In this document: piece after piece, positions 39,901 through 53,410 of the stretch | Layout of the letters: every line of letters starts with the position of its first letter | How positions within the stretch are numbered: position 1 is the first letter of the stretch | NCBI GenBank assembly: GCA_964016885.1 | Contig: OZ024740.1 | Coordinates: 335,978,001-336,042,000, forward strand | Source of the DNA: Eledone cirrhosa | Lineage: Eukaryota | Length of the DNA stretch: 64,000 nt | Reading direction: 5' to 3' | The notes under the pieces: model-generated | The model's input: the letters and a program-made list of their open reading frames with translations, nothing else | Database searches by the model: none | Told to the model about the DNA's origin: nothing | Position numbers and translations under genes: made by a program

Positions 39901-40560
39901 AGCCCGTCAGCATTGATCTCCTCAGTGGCCGTATCTCTGTTCCAGGTATTATTTATCTCAGCATTCAGATCATTGTCTGCTTCGGGTGGTTCCTCCGTTC
40001 TCTCGACCTCTTCACCTTCATTTCCCACTGGCTCGTTTGCCTGGCATACTCCACCATCCATCTCCAAGCTAATCTCTCTGCTCAGTTCCTCCAGTTCCAG
40101 CTCCCTTATCCACCCATTAGTTCTTATTACCCGAGCCTGCCTGGCCAATTTTTGTTCATCTAATTTAAATAGACCAATATCGTTCCAGATGTTATGCATC
40201 CGTTTCCTATAGCCTTTCTCCTTGGGGTTACTCTTCAGGTAACATTGCATAACAGTTCTATTCAATTCTTTTGTCCAGTTGGTTCTGGTCCCTTTCCTTC
40301 TTCTTCTTCCTCCGACACCAGCAGTATTTGGTTGACAGCCAGGTCCCTGCTGCTGAGCCAGGGAGCACCTGTTGGGTGAGAGTCTGTCACATGACATTCT
40401 AGTTTCCATTTCACCGTTATTCGAACTGTTTAGGTTCGACATTTAAACACTCTTATCGAGGATTGGCGAATGTATGGTTACATAACCACCCGTGATTTCA
40501 CCACCTCCGGTTATTTCCTCACTCCCGGTGGTTTTTGTGTGGCATTATCACGCTGTAGAC
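36951..40560 (-). mobile_element. Near full-length R4/Dong-clade non-LTR retrotransposon
   Basis: About 120-bp 5'UTR, a single RT-RLE ORF, ~75-bp 3'UTR and an (AAT)n tail. Confidence 0.93.
37025..40442 (-). CDS. RT plus CCHC plus restriction-like endonuclease polyprotein (~1140 aa), one frameshift near 38200
   Basis: RT motifs KSPGPDG, NYRPITCL, IDYKKAFDMV, GIFQGDSLS and LLFMDDLKL. Zinc knuckle CRICGEREVTVAHIVSEC. RLE motifs RHD and RPDLVV..IVDVACP..EKINRY. The frameshift is a T8 run at 38197-38204, versus T7 in the 26530 copy. Confidence 0.9.
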
Positions 40561-40841
40561 GAACATAAATAAACAAACAAACAAACAGGCAAAAAAAAAA
40601 ACCCTAAAAATGAATAAGCATAAGTTTCATTGTAATGTAATGTTTGAATGTCTGACTTAGTTTTTCCCTTCCCTTCTCTGTCCGTCTGTTTGTTTTTCTC
40701 TTCATTTTTCTTTTCTTTACGTTTTTCGTTGTTGCTGTGCTGCTTTTATTTTGATTTTTGGTTTTTTGATTTTGACCGGGTCATCAATTCAGTCTATTTA
40801 TATATTTTGATGCCTTCCTCTTTTAGTGGGGACACTACGAT

Positions 40842-40992
40842 GTAGCAGGGGGTAGCGGGAGAGAATAGCGGCGGTAGTGATAATGAGGCAGTGGTGGTGG
40901 TGGTGGTGGTGGTGCTGTGCTAGCAGCAACTAGCAGGAGGTAGTGGGAGAGAATAGCGGCGGTAGCGATAATGAGGCAGTGGTGGTGGTGAT
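40842..40992. repeat. ~87-bp tandem duplication with (GGT)n
   Basis: GGGAGAGAATAGCGGCGGTAG(T/C)GATAATGAGGCAGTGGTGGTGG occurs twice. Confidence 0.8.
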
Positions 40993-42137
40993 GTGATCGT
41001 AGTACTGTAGTGATGGTGTTGAAGTTGGAGTATAAATAACGGTTGAGTCGACTTGACCAGAATTTTCATCGTGGTAGTGGTGGTGGTGGTGGTGAAATTA
41101 TCTTTAGTTATTTAGTCATTTTGCCATCTTTCTCCTTTTCGACTCTAACATTCCTGATCCAAAATTAAATATTAATCTTGTTTATTAATATTGTCTAGTG
41201 ATACCGCCACCTTCCCCTTTCGTAAGTTAACAGAAGGTAATGGGGGGATAGCGGTGGTAGCAATGAAGGAGTGGTGGCGGCGGTGATGGGATAGTGGTAG
41301 TAATAAAGGATGGGTGGCGGCGGCGGTGACTGTAGTGATGGCGTTGTCTTTACTGAGTTTTGTTGAATAGACTGTATTTTTGTTTGATCGGTGAATCTAT
41401 GGGGTTAGTCGCGTATATGTGTTGACATATTTCTCTTAATATTGGAATTAAACATTTTGTTAAAACTTGAGACAATAATAATAGCAATTATTATTATTAT
41501 GCTGAGATTGGTGGTGGTGGTGAAATTGCCGTTATCTGGCTGTTGTATTTAGTGTACACAGAGGGGTGATGAGGTAGGTGGTGTATCTAGTTTCTGGTGT
41601 TGGTGAAATTGCTATTATTTGGCTGTTCTATATAGTGTAGACAGAGGGGGTTATCTTCCATTTATAACCATTTTCTTTTTTGAATATAAAATGTATAATA
41701 CAAAATTGAATATTTGAGCGATATAACAATATATTATGGATCCGAATTTTTCTGAGACTTAAGTCGGATGCTTTATGTATCATTTGTACTAAGAATTGTT
41801 ATTTCACAATTGATTTAAATATGTTAAAAATCAAAACTTACGGGAGCGATTTCACGACCTTCTATCCACCATGTGCGTCTTCTTCCCTTATTATTATTAT
41901 TATTATTATTATTAATAATACCTGAATGTATGGTTGTAATTACAAAAGCTAGAGCCCTCAATGTGTAATCATAGAGCTAAATATACTATATTGTTTAAAA
42001 TACGTAGCACTGGCGCATACCTTCTAATTTACTCGGAGTTCCCTGGCGTTTTTTGACTGTATTCGTCACCCTATACTCGAAGTTCCCTGACGTTTTTTCA
42101 CTGTATTCGTCACCCTGAAGGGTGACGAATACAGTGA

Positions 42138-42216
<79 letters not shown>

Positions 42217-42246
42217 TGGCAGAAATAATAATAATAATATGGCAGA

Positions 42247-42295
<49 letters not shown>

Positions 42296-42299
42296 TGGC

Positions 42300-43486
42300 A
42301 GAAATGCCATAAGCGCAGTAAATTCCCGAGCTGTGTCTATTATTAGGTACAGTGCGGGAATTCTGAGATGGAATGTTGCTGAACAAAAAGAAATGGATAG
42401 GAAGACTAGGAAGCTATTGACTATCTACAACATGTTCCACAAGAGGAGTGATGTCGATAGACTCTACCTAAGGAGATCTGAGGGTGGAAGAGGTCTTATC
42501 AGCATAGAGGACTGTGTTCAGATGGAGAAAAACAACCTATACAAATACGTGACCTATAGTAAGGAGCCAATGCTCAGAACTGTACTGAAGGAGGGGACAG
42601 TAGGCCAGGGGATGTCCAAGGAGGAAATAACATCAAGGAGGAAGAGCAGCCTTAAGGGAAAATCCCTTCATAGTACCTTCTTTGAGAAAACTGAATTTAG
42701 AGATCCACAGACATGGAACTGGTTGAGAAGAGGAGACCTCAAAAAGGCTACAGAAGGAATGCTAATGGCTGCGCAGGAGCAGGCCCTCAAAACGAAGTAG
42801 TTGAAACACCATATTTACAAGGAGGAGGCTAGCCCACTGTGCAGGATCTGTGGAGAGAGAGAGGAGACTGTGGCTCACATTGTGTCCGTGTGTAAACACC
42901 TATCCCAGACCCACTATAAGGGCTGGAGACACGATGTGATGAGCAGGGTGATCCACTGGCACCTGTGCAAAGTAAACAATTTACCACATTCTGAGAAATG
43001 GTATGAGCATAGGCCAGAGGCGGTGATGGAGAACGATCAGGTGAAGGTGCTGTGGGATTTTAGGATACAGACGGACAAAAAACTGGAACACAATAGACCT
43101 GACCTGGTGGTTGTGGACAAAGAAAAAAGATCGTGCCTGATTGTGGATGTGGCCTGCCCGTTCGACACGAGAGTGCAAGAGAAGGAGAGGGAGAAAATTA
43201 ACCGATACCAGGACTTAAAGTGGGAGGTGAAAAGGATTTGGAACTGCCATGAAGTCAAAGTGATCCCGATTGTCATAGGCGCACTGGGGACTATCTCCAA
43301 AAGTTCCCAGGGATGGTTAAAGAAAATCGGCCCCTTCACGCTTTTTGGAACGCTTCAAAAGGCATGCTTGCTTGGAACAGCAAGAACCCTCCGATACGTC
43401 CTGAATATCTGAGGCTGCAGGTAGTGGCTTGATATTCAATCCAACGGACTTTCCAGTTAACCAACATCAATGACTGAGATTCAAGG
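42300..43486 (+). mobile_element. R4/Dong-clade RLE LINE, 5'-truncated, premature stop at 42798-42800
   Basis: ORFs 42333-42800 and 42801-43412 are nearly identical to the full copy. (TAA)n at both ends. Confidence 0.93.
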
Positions 43487-43506
43487 AATAACAACAATAA
43501 TAATAA

Positions 43507-43546
<40 letters not shown>

Positions 43547-43548
43547 TA

Positions 43549-43682
43549 AATTGTTTCTACTTTTGGCACAAGGCCAGCAATTACCAGTGTATTACTGGTA
43601 CTTTATTTTATCGACCCCGTAATGATGAAAGGCAAAGTTAACCTCGGCGGGATTTGAACTCAGACTGTAAAGGGGCGTAACT
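43549..43682 (-). mobile_element. 5'-truncated SINE tail-to-tail with the R4 LINE in a shared (TAA)n tract
   Basis: AATTGTTTCTACTTTTGGCACAAGGCC...GGATTTGAACTCAG. Confidence 0.9.
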
Positions 43683-43879
43683 GAAGAATGAAGGGAAAAA
43701 ACTTAACAAAACTCCGACTACCTTAGAACGCATACGACTGTTTGACATGTATTTTATACAATATATTGTACACACACGAACAGGCAGTTGACCCTCACTG
43801 CTTCTACTGGAATCCACTAGACCGCGCTGGCCGTCAGCCTTTCAATATTCATAACTTGGCTTTTAAAAGTTGGAACGTG

Positions 43880-44250
43880 TTAATGGTCTTACATTCCAGG
43901 TTCTTGATATATCAACTTCCTCAACAAGCGCTTTCGATAATTTTCTCCACCTTTCGTACACATATGGATGACATTAAGATCCTCGGTAGGTGTTTCACGT
44001 TTGGATCCTGCTATAGATTCCTCGTCAGTGACTTCCAGCTCTTTGGGAACTTTGACTACAAACGAACGTGCAGCCTTGAGGAAGCGAACAATCTCTAAAT
44101 CACTATGCTCTGCCTTTGCGGCAGCAATTACAGCGTGCCTCATAATTTTCTGCTTGATATCTGTCTCCATTTATCTGATGATTATCAGAACAAGTTAGAA
44201 AAAAGTTAGAGCTATTAAAAGACGTCCTTCAAGAACTCCACAACCCTGTA
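43880..44250 (-). pseudogene. Tc1/mariner-superfamily transposase N-terminal (HTH) fragment with one TIR
   Basis: ORF RHAVIAAAKAEHSDLEIVRFLKAARSFVVKV.KEL, an HTH-like peptide, lies downstream of a TA-CAGGGTTG terminus at 44250. Confidence 0.6.
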
Positions 44251-45692
44251 TATCCAGAAGTGTTGGTGCGTCTGACTAAATCTTTCCCCTGAAAATAAAT
44301 TGAAAATGAAGAAAGAGAAGGGGAATTTTTTTTTTAAATCGTTTAATCCCATGTTTAGTATGGTTACTTACATGGTAACCCATAAGTTACCAAAAATTTT
44401 AGAACCACCAAATTTAGTTTTCAAAGACAGGAGAGCAATTATGAGAAACGTATTGTGTATATGTGTGTATTAGTGTTTTTTTTATGCATGTGTAAGATAG
44501 TGAGTTGATTGTGTGATTGTCTGTTTACTTGTGCGTATGTGTGTCTATTGTTATAGACGTGCATGTGTTATAGATATAGAAGAGAGAATTTGCTCATTCT
44601 TTCATACTTTCATTTTAATGCCGCCATACCTAGTCATTATCAAGATAAATAGTAAAAATGTATAATTTCTAACCCTAAATTGCATTAAATTTGGTGAGAA
44701 AACATGATTGCCTTCTGCGTAGTTCAAGAGAATTAATTAGTTTAGTTATTAGTTAGATAAATCTAATAAACTTCTTGTTCCTGCAATGTCAGTTACTATT
44801 TAGTGACTATTTTGTCTCTGAATCAAACTTACTTAACCATTAATCTGATTCATTTTATTTTCGCTCATCGCTTATTCCATAAATGATTTTGGCTTAGGAA
44901 ACTGTTCAGATAAGAAAATTAATCTAATAGATTTTATTAATGTTTAATGTAGCTAAGTGTCCCTGTGTGTAATTCAATTAAGTTTAGTGCTTTCTTTGTA
45001 GAATTAAAATACGCTGAAATTTTCCAGCATTAAGCCAAAATATTCAATATTTAAAATTTTGTTAGCAGTAGGATTTGGTTAGAAGTTAGCAAACGAATTT
45101 CTTAAGTTATTCACACAAACCTCAATATTAATTCTTCCTAAAGATTCTTACAATTATCTTTCTGCAGATAATAAAAAGCTACAGTCGCAATCCTACCTGA
45201 AACGTCACATGTATAAATAGGTTAATATTCAGAGCCGGGAAACTAATGTAAAATTAGAATTGATATGATTATCTCTGGTTTGCAAGGGTCATTATATATC
45301 AACAACTTACTATACAGTTTATATACGGGGGGAAATAAAAAGATAAGAATCTTGAAGCAATTCTGTTTGGAGTTACAATAAAAGATTAGCATTTTCCTAC
45401 GACATAGTACCATACCAGAAAAAGTAACATATAAGTTGTGTGACTTGAGTTCGATTTCCCTAGCGTTGTTTATAGATATTAAATAACGGCACTTATGTAA
45501 TTGAATCATGTAATATTGCCAGTGAAATAGTTGTCCGATAGCTATTGACTAACATAGAATGAAAAACTGACCGAATAAGACTGGACACGCAATAGATGTT
45601 TGTGTTGGACATACACATGGTCAAGCATGATCAAATAACGTTGCATAAATAATTTAATTAGTTTCAGTTAAATTAACATTACACTAGATTTC

Positions 45693-45779
<87 letters not shown>

Positions 45780-45901
45780 TTACATACATACATACATATA
45801 TACATATATGTATGTATGCATATATATTTATACATTTATACATTTGTTTATTTATATGGTATCTACACACTCGTTGCAATATAAACACATTCCTTTTTAC
45901 A

Positions 45902-46977
45902 TAGGAGGGTGGGGTGAAAAGTTCATAGGCCGACTATGAAGGAGTGATGCTAGGGTTGTGTATTCTCACATGGATTAATAACTGTATTGTCTCTTTCCAG
46001 GGAAACTGACATCTGACTGTTCAAAGAAAATATCAAATGTAACTAGTATTGGGTTCTATTGAAAAAAGACAAAGTTTGGCATCGTACTGTTATCAAGTAC
46101 CTGAAAAAGAGGGGCTTAACCCCCCAAGGACATTCATGATGACATGGTTGCTATAGATGACAAGGGATGTGATGCTCTAGTTGTATCAACATTGCAAAAG
46201 TGGGCAGCTGAAGTTAGTGGGGGGGGGGGGGAGTCTGGACGTTCTGCAACTGGAACCATCGAAAAAAGCGTTGATCGTGTTCACTACATGGTGATGGATG
46301 ACAGGCTTTATAAATAAAATAGCCAATGCTATTAGCATATCCCTGATTTCCTGAACGTTTTCTAACCCTGTATGTGTGTTGAGTTTATCACTTTCAACCT
46401 GACACAAACAGACAATCCATGTAGTGGAAACACCCCTCCTCACCTGCTCCAAAGAAGGCCAATGTGGTTTCAACGACAGGGAAGGTAATGGCTTCAGTTT
46501 TGGGGACACAAAAGGCATTGTATTTATTGACTATCTTCAAAAGTACCACACGATCAATGGAGAGCACTTTGCCAACTTTCTGAGGCAGTTACGAAAGACT
46601 ATTAAGACCAAACGCCCAGGAAAACTGATGAAAGGGGTCTTGTTTCATCAGGACAATGCTCAAGCACACAAGTCCTTGGTTTCAGCGGCTGCTCTGCGTG
46701 ACTGGTTGATCACCCTCGTTATCCTTCTGATTTGTCCCCATCTGACTATCATCTGTTCCCCAACATATACATCACTTGGCTGGAAATTAGTATCACAGTG
46801 ATGAGGAAGTCATATCTGCTGTTGTTGATTCTTTTCAAACAGGATGAAAGCGTCTTCATCAATGGTATCCAAGCACCGCAACTCCGATTAAAGAAGTGTG
46901 TGGACCGCAGGGAGGACTATGTTGAAAAATAAACCTCATTTGGTCACATTCCATGAGAGTATCTTGGTCAGCATATG
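45902..46977 (+). pseudogene. Decayed, internally deleted mariner (DD34D-type) transposon
   Basis: Left TIR-like TAGGAGGGTGGGGTGAAAAGTTCATAGGCCGAC. Peptides KGIVFIDYLQK..TING, VLFHQDNAQAH and HP.YP.DLSPSDYHLFP. Partial right TIR GTCAGCATATG. Confidence 0.85.
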
Positions 46978-47109
46978 TACACACATTACTTATGTATATG
47001 ATGTATACACAGTCTCCATCTGGATGTTATCTACCCATGATGTCATATCTCATTATACGACATCAACACAATGTAACAATTTAACATATTGTTGCTCATA
47101 GACACATAC

Positions 47110-48304
<1,195 letters not shown>

Positions 48305-48539
48305 GTACTACTGTACTATTTTCCAACATTCATTGTGCACACCCACATATGCATATATACTCCTAGGTCTACACAGTACATATGCACACATGAACATGAC
48401 TCTATTTAAAACACCAACAGATTCCACGATACCACACCCAAAGTCAGCATCCAGAGATACACCCAGGATAAGAACATACACAAGCACCAGCGTAGATGAG
48501 GCCATATATACATACACATACCATCACACGAGACCATAG

Positions 48540-49060
48540 AAATATATGTACCTTTGCCTGTGTGTTGGAGTGGTGAATATTTTGTTGGTGATGGGGTGTG
48601 TGTGTGTACCATTTGGGAGGTGTAGGTATGTGGAAGAGACAGGTAATATTAAAAAACTGTGTTCCGGGCGAAGAGAAGAGATTTCTGTAGCAGATGTCAG
48701 AGGTTGAGTTGAGAAAAACCTGTAATGTCCAGTAGAGGAATATAAAAGGAAGAATCGATTATTGAGATGGGAGTGTGATTCATAAAAGACTGAAAAGCAG
48801 ACTGTGTGCGTGGGTGTATCAGGAGGAGTATTTGGGTTAGCTGACCAAAACAATTGGAGAGATTCAAAACAATTCTAACGATGCGTCTTTGGAAAGCAGC
48901 AACATCAGGTGAAGTGTGTGGGTATTATATTTTTTGTTTGTGTATACGTGTGTCTGTGTTTATATTTTTTCAGTGATGTTGTCAGTGTATAGGGGGGGGG
49001 GTATATGCCATTGCGCTACCCTCCAGATACAGCACCATGGGGCCTGCCATATTTTCGATC
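48540..49060 (-). pseudogene. Possible decayed Penelope-like RT fragment
   Basis: LEGSAMAYTP.LYTDNITEKI (frameshifted) resembles the PLE RT motif G.AMGSP.SP..ANI.ME. Otherwise low complexity. Confidence 0.25.
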
Positions 49061-49068
49061 CCTTGTAT

Positions 49069-49265
49069 AGCAGTATCGATGGAGGGTCGGACGCCAAACT
49101 TTGCAGCATAGAGTTATGCCCTTTACAGTCTGAGTTCAAATCCCGTCCTGAGTTCAAATCCTGCCGAGGTTAACTTTGCCTTTCATCCTTACGAGGTCGA
49201 TAAAATAAAGTACCAGTAATGCACAGGGATAATTGCTGGCCTTGTGCCAAAAGTAGAAACAATTA
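49069..49265 (+). mobile_element. tRNA-derived SINE with a duplicated B-box segment
   Basis: CTGAGTTCAAATCC occurs twice in tandem (49130-49162), followed by the core and tail. Confidence 0.88.
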
Positions 49266-49572
49266 GTATGTGATTCTTTTTAAGTAGGTGTTTATGTGTA
49301 TTGCTAATGTGTGTGTGCGTGTATGTGTGTGTGTGGTTCTTCCTATGTGTGTTTCTGTGTATCTTCCCTTGTGTGTGTAGGCTTGTATGTGTTTAGGTGC
49401 ATGCATATTACCAGATCAGATGTGTGGTATCTACGTGTGTGTTTGTATGTGTTTCTGTATGTGTAGTTTGGTCTAAGTGTGTACTTTTATGGGTGTCTAT
49501 TATATATTGCTAGAGTATAGGTAGAGCTGTATCTGTGTATAAAAGTGTATATATATATATATATTCGAGTAT

Positions 49573-50003
49573 GGGTTACCTGAACGGAGATGTGCGGACC
49601 ACCTTATGGTGTGTCGGTTGTGAAGCAGATAAAAGGAAGCGCTCAACGACCTGTATAAATGATGCAAGTCGGAGCATTATGACTGAGGACTATCAGTTAT
49701 GATAGCCTGAGCTCTTCAGAGGGCAAAACCTAAAATAAACATTGAAAGTTCATAAGAAACCTTCAAAATTTGAAAAAATTCAATAATTTGCCCGAAGAAA
49801 CAACACCACGTGTTCAGTCTCATGAAAAGTAAATCTTTTGGGGGGAAATTATTGGCTTTTTCCAAATTTAAAGGTTTCTTAGGAATTTTCAATGTTTATT
49901 TTAGGTTTTTCCGTCTAAAGAGCTCAGGCTATCATAACTGATAGCCCTCAGTGGAATATGTATAACAGAGTTTTAAATAAACCTGAATACGGCCTCCGAT
50001 CTG
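49573..50003. mobile_element. Family B hammerhead fold-back element, second locus
   Basis: Arms at ~49682-49782 and ~49851-49952. Motif CCGT-CTAAAGA-GCTCAGGCTATCATAACTGATAGCCCTCAGT-GGAA-TATGTA-TA-ACAG (core decayed). Confidence 0.7.
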
Positions 50004-50389
50004 TTATTAATATATATATATGCGTATGTATGTGTGTTTTTGTATTTTTGTATGCGCTGTACCCATTCGAATGTAAGTGTGTATCTAAGTGTGTGGAAAA
50101 CTGAAAGAACACGGCACTGCCGTTGCTGCTCTCTGCTGCTAATGATGATGATGTTAATGACGACGATGTTAATGATGATGATGTTAATGATGATGATGGT
50201 GATGATGATATGTAAACAATATCAACCCACTATATCTGTTAGTATCGCATCAAGTTGTAAAACTTTTTATATCCAACAAAAAACAAATATTTTCTATAAT
50301 TAATCATAGCAAATAATGTCAATCTTATTGGTAGACACTGGGCAATAGTTCCACCACCAACACCACCTTCACGTCTACAGATATATAAT

Positions 50390-50614
50390 TGTTTCTACTT
50401 TAGGCACAAGGCCAGCAATTACCCAGTGAATTACTGGTACTTTATTTTATCGACCCCGTAAGGATGAAAGGCAAAGTCAACCTCGGCGGGATTTGAACTC
50501 AGATCGTAAAGGGACGTAACTATGTTGGAAAGCATGGCGTCCGACCCTCTACCGATACTGCCAATCCACCACCCAGAAATGAGTTATCTGGCCAGTATGG
50601 GGCTCGAACCCACG
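50390..50614 (-). mobile_element. Chimeric retrocopy: tRNA 3' fragment, 14-nt spacer and full SINE within one 12-bp TSD
   Basis: TSD CAGATATATAAT at 50378-50389 and 50615-50626. Confidence 0.85.
50589..50614 (-). pseudogene. tRNA 3' fragment (T-arm plus acceptor strand), tRNA-Ile(AAT)-like
   Basis: C-GTGGG-TTCGAGC-CCCAT-ACTGGCC-A: T stem-loop, then an acceptor strand complementary to the GGCC(A/G)GT 5' end typical of eukaryotic tRNA-Ile(AAT). Confidence 0.7.
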
Positions 50615-50977
50615 CAGATATATAATAATAGCTTCATACATACAAACTGTTACATACACATTTACGGACTTATAAATGCATAGAAATACACACACACACA
50701 GACTCATTTGGATACACATTTACATACACACATAAAAGCAATGGAGTGTTGAATGTGTTTATATTAGTATTTTGGGGGGCGTGTTCGAGCTGAACTTATA
50801 AATAGTTACGTGTATTTTAGTAGGTGAGTTGTCAGCGTATGTGTGTGTATGTATATGTGCAAAGGCGTACATACTTATGTGCATTTATTCATGTTAGTGA
50901 ATTGTTTGTGTGTATTTGTATATGTATGCCCGAGGTGTGTTTGTGGTGATTATAATTATACGTAAGTGTATGTGTAA

Positions 50978-51009
<32 letters not shown>

Positions 51010-51378
51010 ATGTATGAGTGCATGTGTGTGTGCGCGTGTATGTGTGTATGTGAGTGTGTGTGTGTGCATGATTTCTCTCCCGTAGAGACGTTTTTTTAAT
51101 TGATACCCTCCTGTCATATTAAGTAGTTTTATTGGCCTTAGGGAACACAAAACTGTTTGCTCGATGTACCGAAAGACTGCTAAATATGTGTTTGACAAAA
51201 CAGTTAAAACATTTGTTATGGTGCCAAATAGATTGGTTCTCTCCTCCAAATTAATGATTTCACTGTAGTGGCAATCATACGAAAGCATCATATTCACTTC
51301 GCTTTTGAAATATTTTCCTGGATGTCAGGCATTGTCTAACCAGTTTCAGTTTATGTGTAGATGTATTAAAGGTAGATA

Positions 51379-51766
51379 TCTTTCTTTATTTGCCACAGGG
51401 GTGTACAAAAATGGGACATTACAGGACGTGACGGCGGGGGTTTTACATAAAAATAACTTTAACATTAATAAATAACAATAAACTATATATAATAAAATAA
51501 CAATTGAAATCCCCAGTAGGGGGAACGTTACTGCAGGGTTGTTTTACACCCCGTGGATAGAACAACCCTCAACACCAGAAACACGTTTTGTAGGTGTTCC
51601 TGTCTTCCCTCTGTTTATCTTCCTCAACCTACAGGTTTATATACAGAGAAGGCCCATTCACTCGGGCCATTTTTGCCCCATCCACCCACCTTTCAGTGAA
51701 TTTACTGAGGTGTAGCACCTCTCTCTCCACTCTCACCTTCCTTCTGAAGTGATACTTAAAGAAGAT
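51379..51766 (-). mobile_element. Short L1/Tx1-like 3' fragment with 9-bp TSD
   Basis: Homologous to 8653-9010. TSD AGGTAGATA at 51370-51378 and 51767-51775. Confidence 0.8.
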
Positions 51767-51779
51767 AGGTAGATAGCTA

Positions 51780-52080
51780 AAGAGTTAGTATTGCAATCAT
51801 TAGGTATCGCATTCGATCTTACTGCGTGACATCTTGTCCAAGAGTCATTTCCATCTCATCGAGTTGATTTATGACTTGAGAATGAAATTGTAGACGGAAA
51901 CTGTTTCGAAGCCTCTTGGATGGATGTTACCTGTAATTCAAAAGGCCGGTCTTGACACACCGTGTGTCGTGCCGAATCTCCGTGAGAAACACATAACTGT
52001 GGAATGCTCAGTCACTTACACTTTGATTTCATTGGTCGATCAACTAGAACACTCATCGACGAAATCGGCAGAGGTCCATT
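51780..52080 (+). mobile_element. Old CORE-like SINE (octopus OR-type resemblance)
   Basis: TTCGATCTTACTGCGTGACATCTTGTCCAAG...GTAGACGGAAACTG..GAAGCC. Related pieces at 17030-17310 and ~27015-27065. Confidence 0.55.
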
Positions 52081-52919
52081 TCATTTTGTGAGGGTCTCTA
52101 TTGCTGTATCCTGTATCCTGTATCGTTGACCATTGGACTGCCATTTTCCACTACCAAATTGGAAGGTTGTCATTATTACACCTGAGAAAGGAGCTTTGAC
52201 CATAGGAAAGTCTGGATGATATAGGCTGACTTGGAGCGAAACAACAAGGAAAGACATGTTAAATTATGTAATCATATATACACAATGCTTAAAATGAAAA
52301 TGAGACCGTGGTCATGGGTGAAAATAATTTGACCATAGTCGGCCTAGATTAAACAACAACAGCTCAAATAATTACAGGGGCAAGGAATGACAAAGTTATA
52401 TAATGTGAAGATGTGTCTAAAGAATAAAAAAAAGGCGGTGTGGTCACGGTAGGAATATCTTTGACCATAGGCCTGTTTGATCAGAGCTGACATGGGACAA
52501 CAACAACAACAACAATAACAACAACAACGATATTTCGAATCTGATATGAGTGAGTGGAGTATTTGTTCACCGTAGCAAATGAAATAGTTCAGTTAATGAC
52601 ATTGACGCTTTACGAAGTGTAACTCGACGCATCTGATTTGTGAACCGAGGAGAGACGAGAAAATGGAGAATGACTACAGATCTATGAACTCCAACTGATA
52701 TAATATAAATTTACAGATAATTAACGTTAGCTTTGTTTCACTTAATCACTCACTTCTGACACATACTTTGTCATATTCAATCTCACATTTATGTTTATTT
52801 AATATATTTAATAACGTTTTTCTATACAGTCTGCTTAAGGCAGCGCACAAACATCATATAAGCACATACAATTGTATAAGTTTAACGAGCTACTCTTTCG
52901 CGATATAGTTTACATATAC

Positions 52920-52950
<31 letters not shown>

Positions 52951-52999
52951 TTACATATTTAATATGTATATATATGTATATATATATATATACATCACA

Positions 53000-53130
<131 letters not shown>

Positions 53131-53294
53131 AATATATATATTATATATCATATATATATTATATATTATATATCATATATTATATAACATGTATGTTATA
53201 TTATATTGAATTATATTATATATATTACGTATCATATATATCATATTATATTGTATTACATTTTATTATATATATTACATATCATATATATTAT

Positions 53295-53410
53295 ATTATA
53301 ATAAATGTTCGGTGAATCCATACGTACATATATGTGTGTGCATGTATGTATATATATATACATACTACTGTACGTCTGTATACATATATGTATGTACGTA
53401 TACATACTTA
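53295..53410 (-). repeat. Family A fragment without the ribozyme
   Basis: ATAATAAATGTTCGGTGAATCCATACGTAC..CTACTGTACGTCTGTATAC. Confidence 0.85.

Noticed and set aside
37098-40379. Plus-strand ORFs overlapping the R4 element
   Set aside because: Antisense shadows of the RT-RLE ORF, repeated in each copy.
40490-40555. Twister-like look (stem-UAAUGCCAC..CCGG..CCGG..GUGGU) in the R4 5'UTR
   Set aside because: The loop lacks the YYYYAAGC-type L4 and the T1 pseudoknot partner of twister ribozymes.
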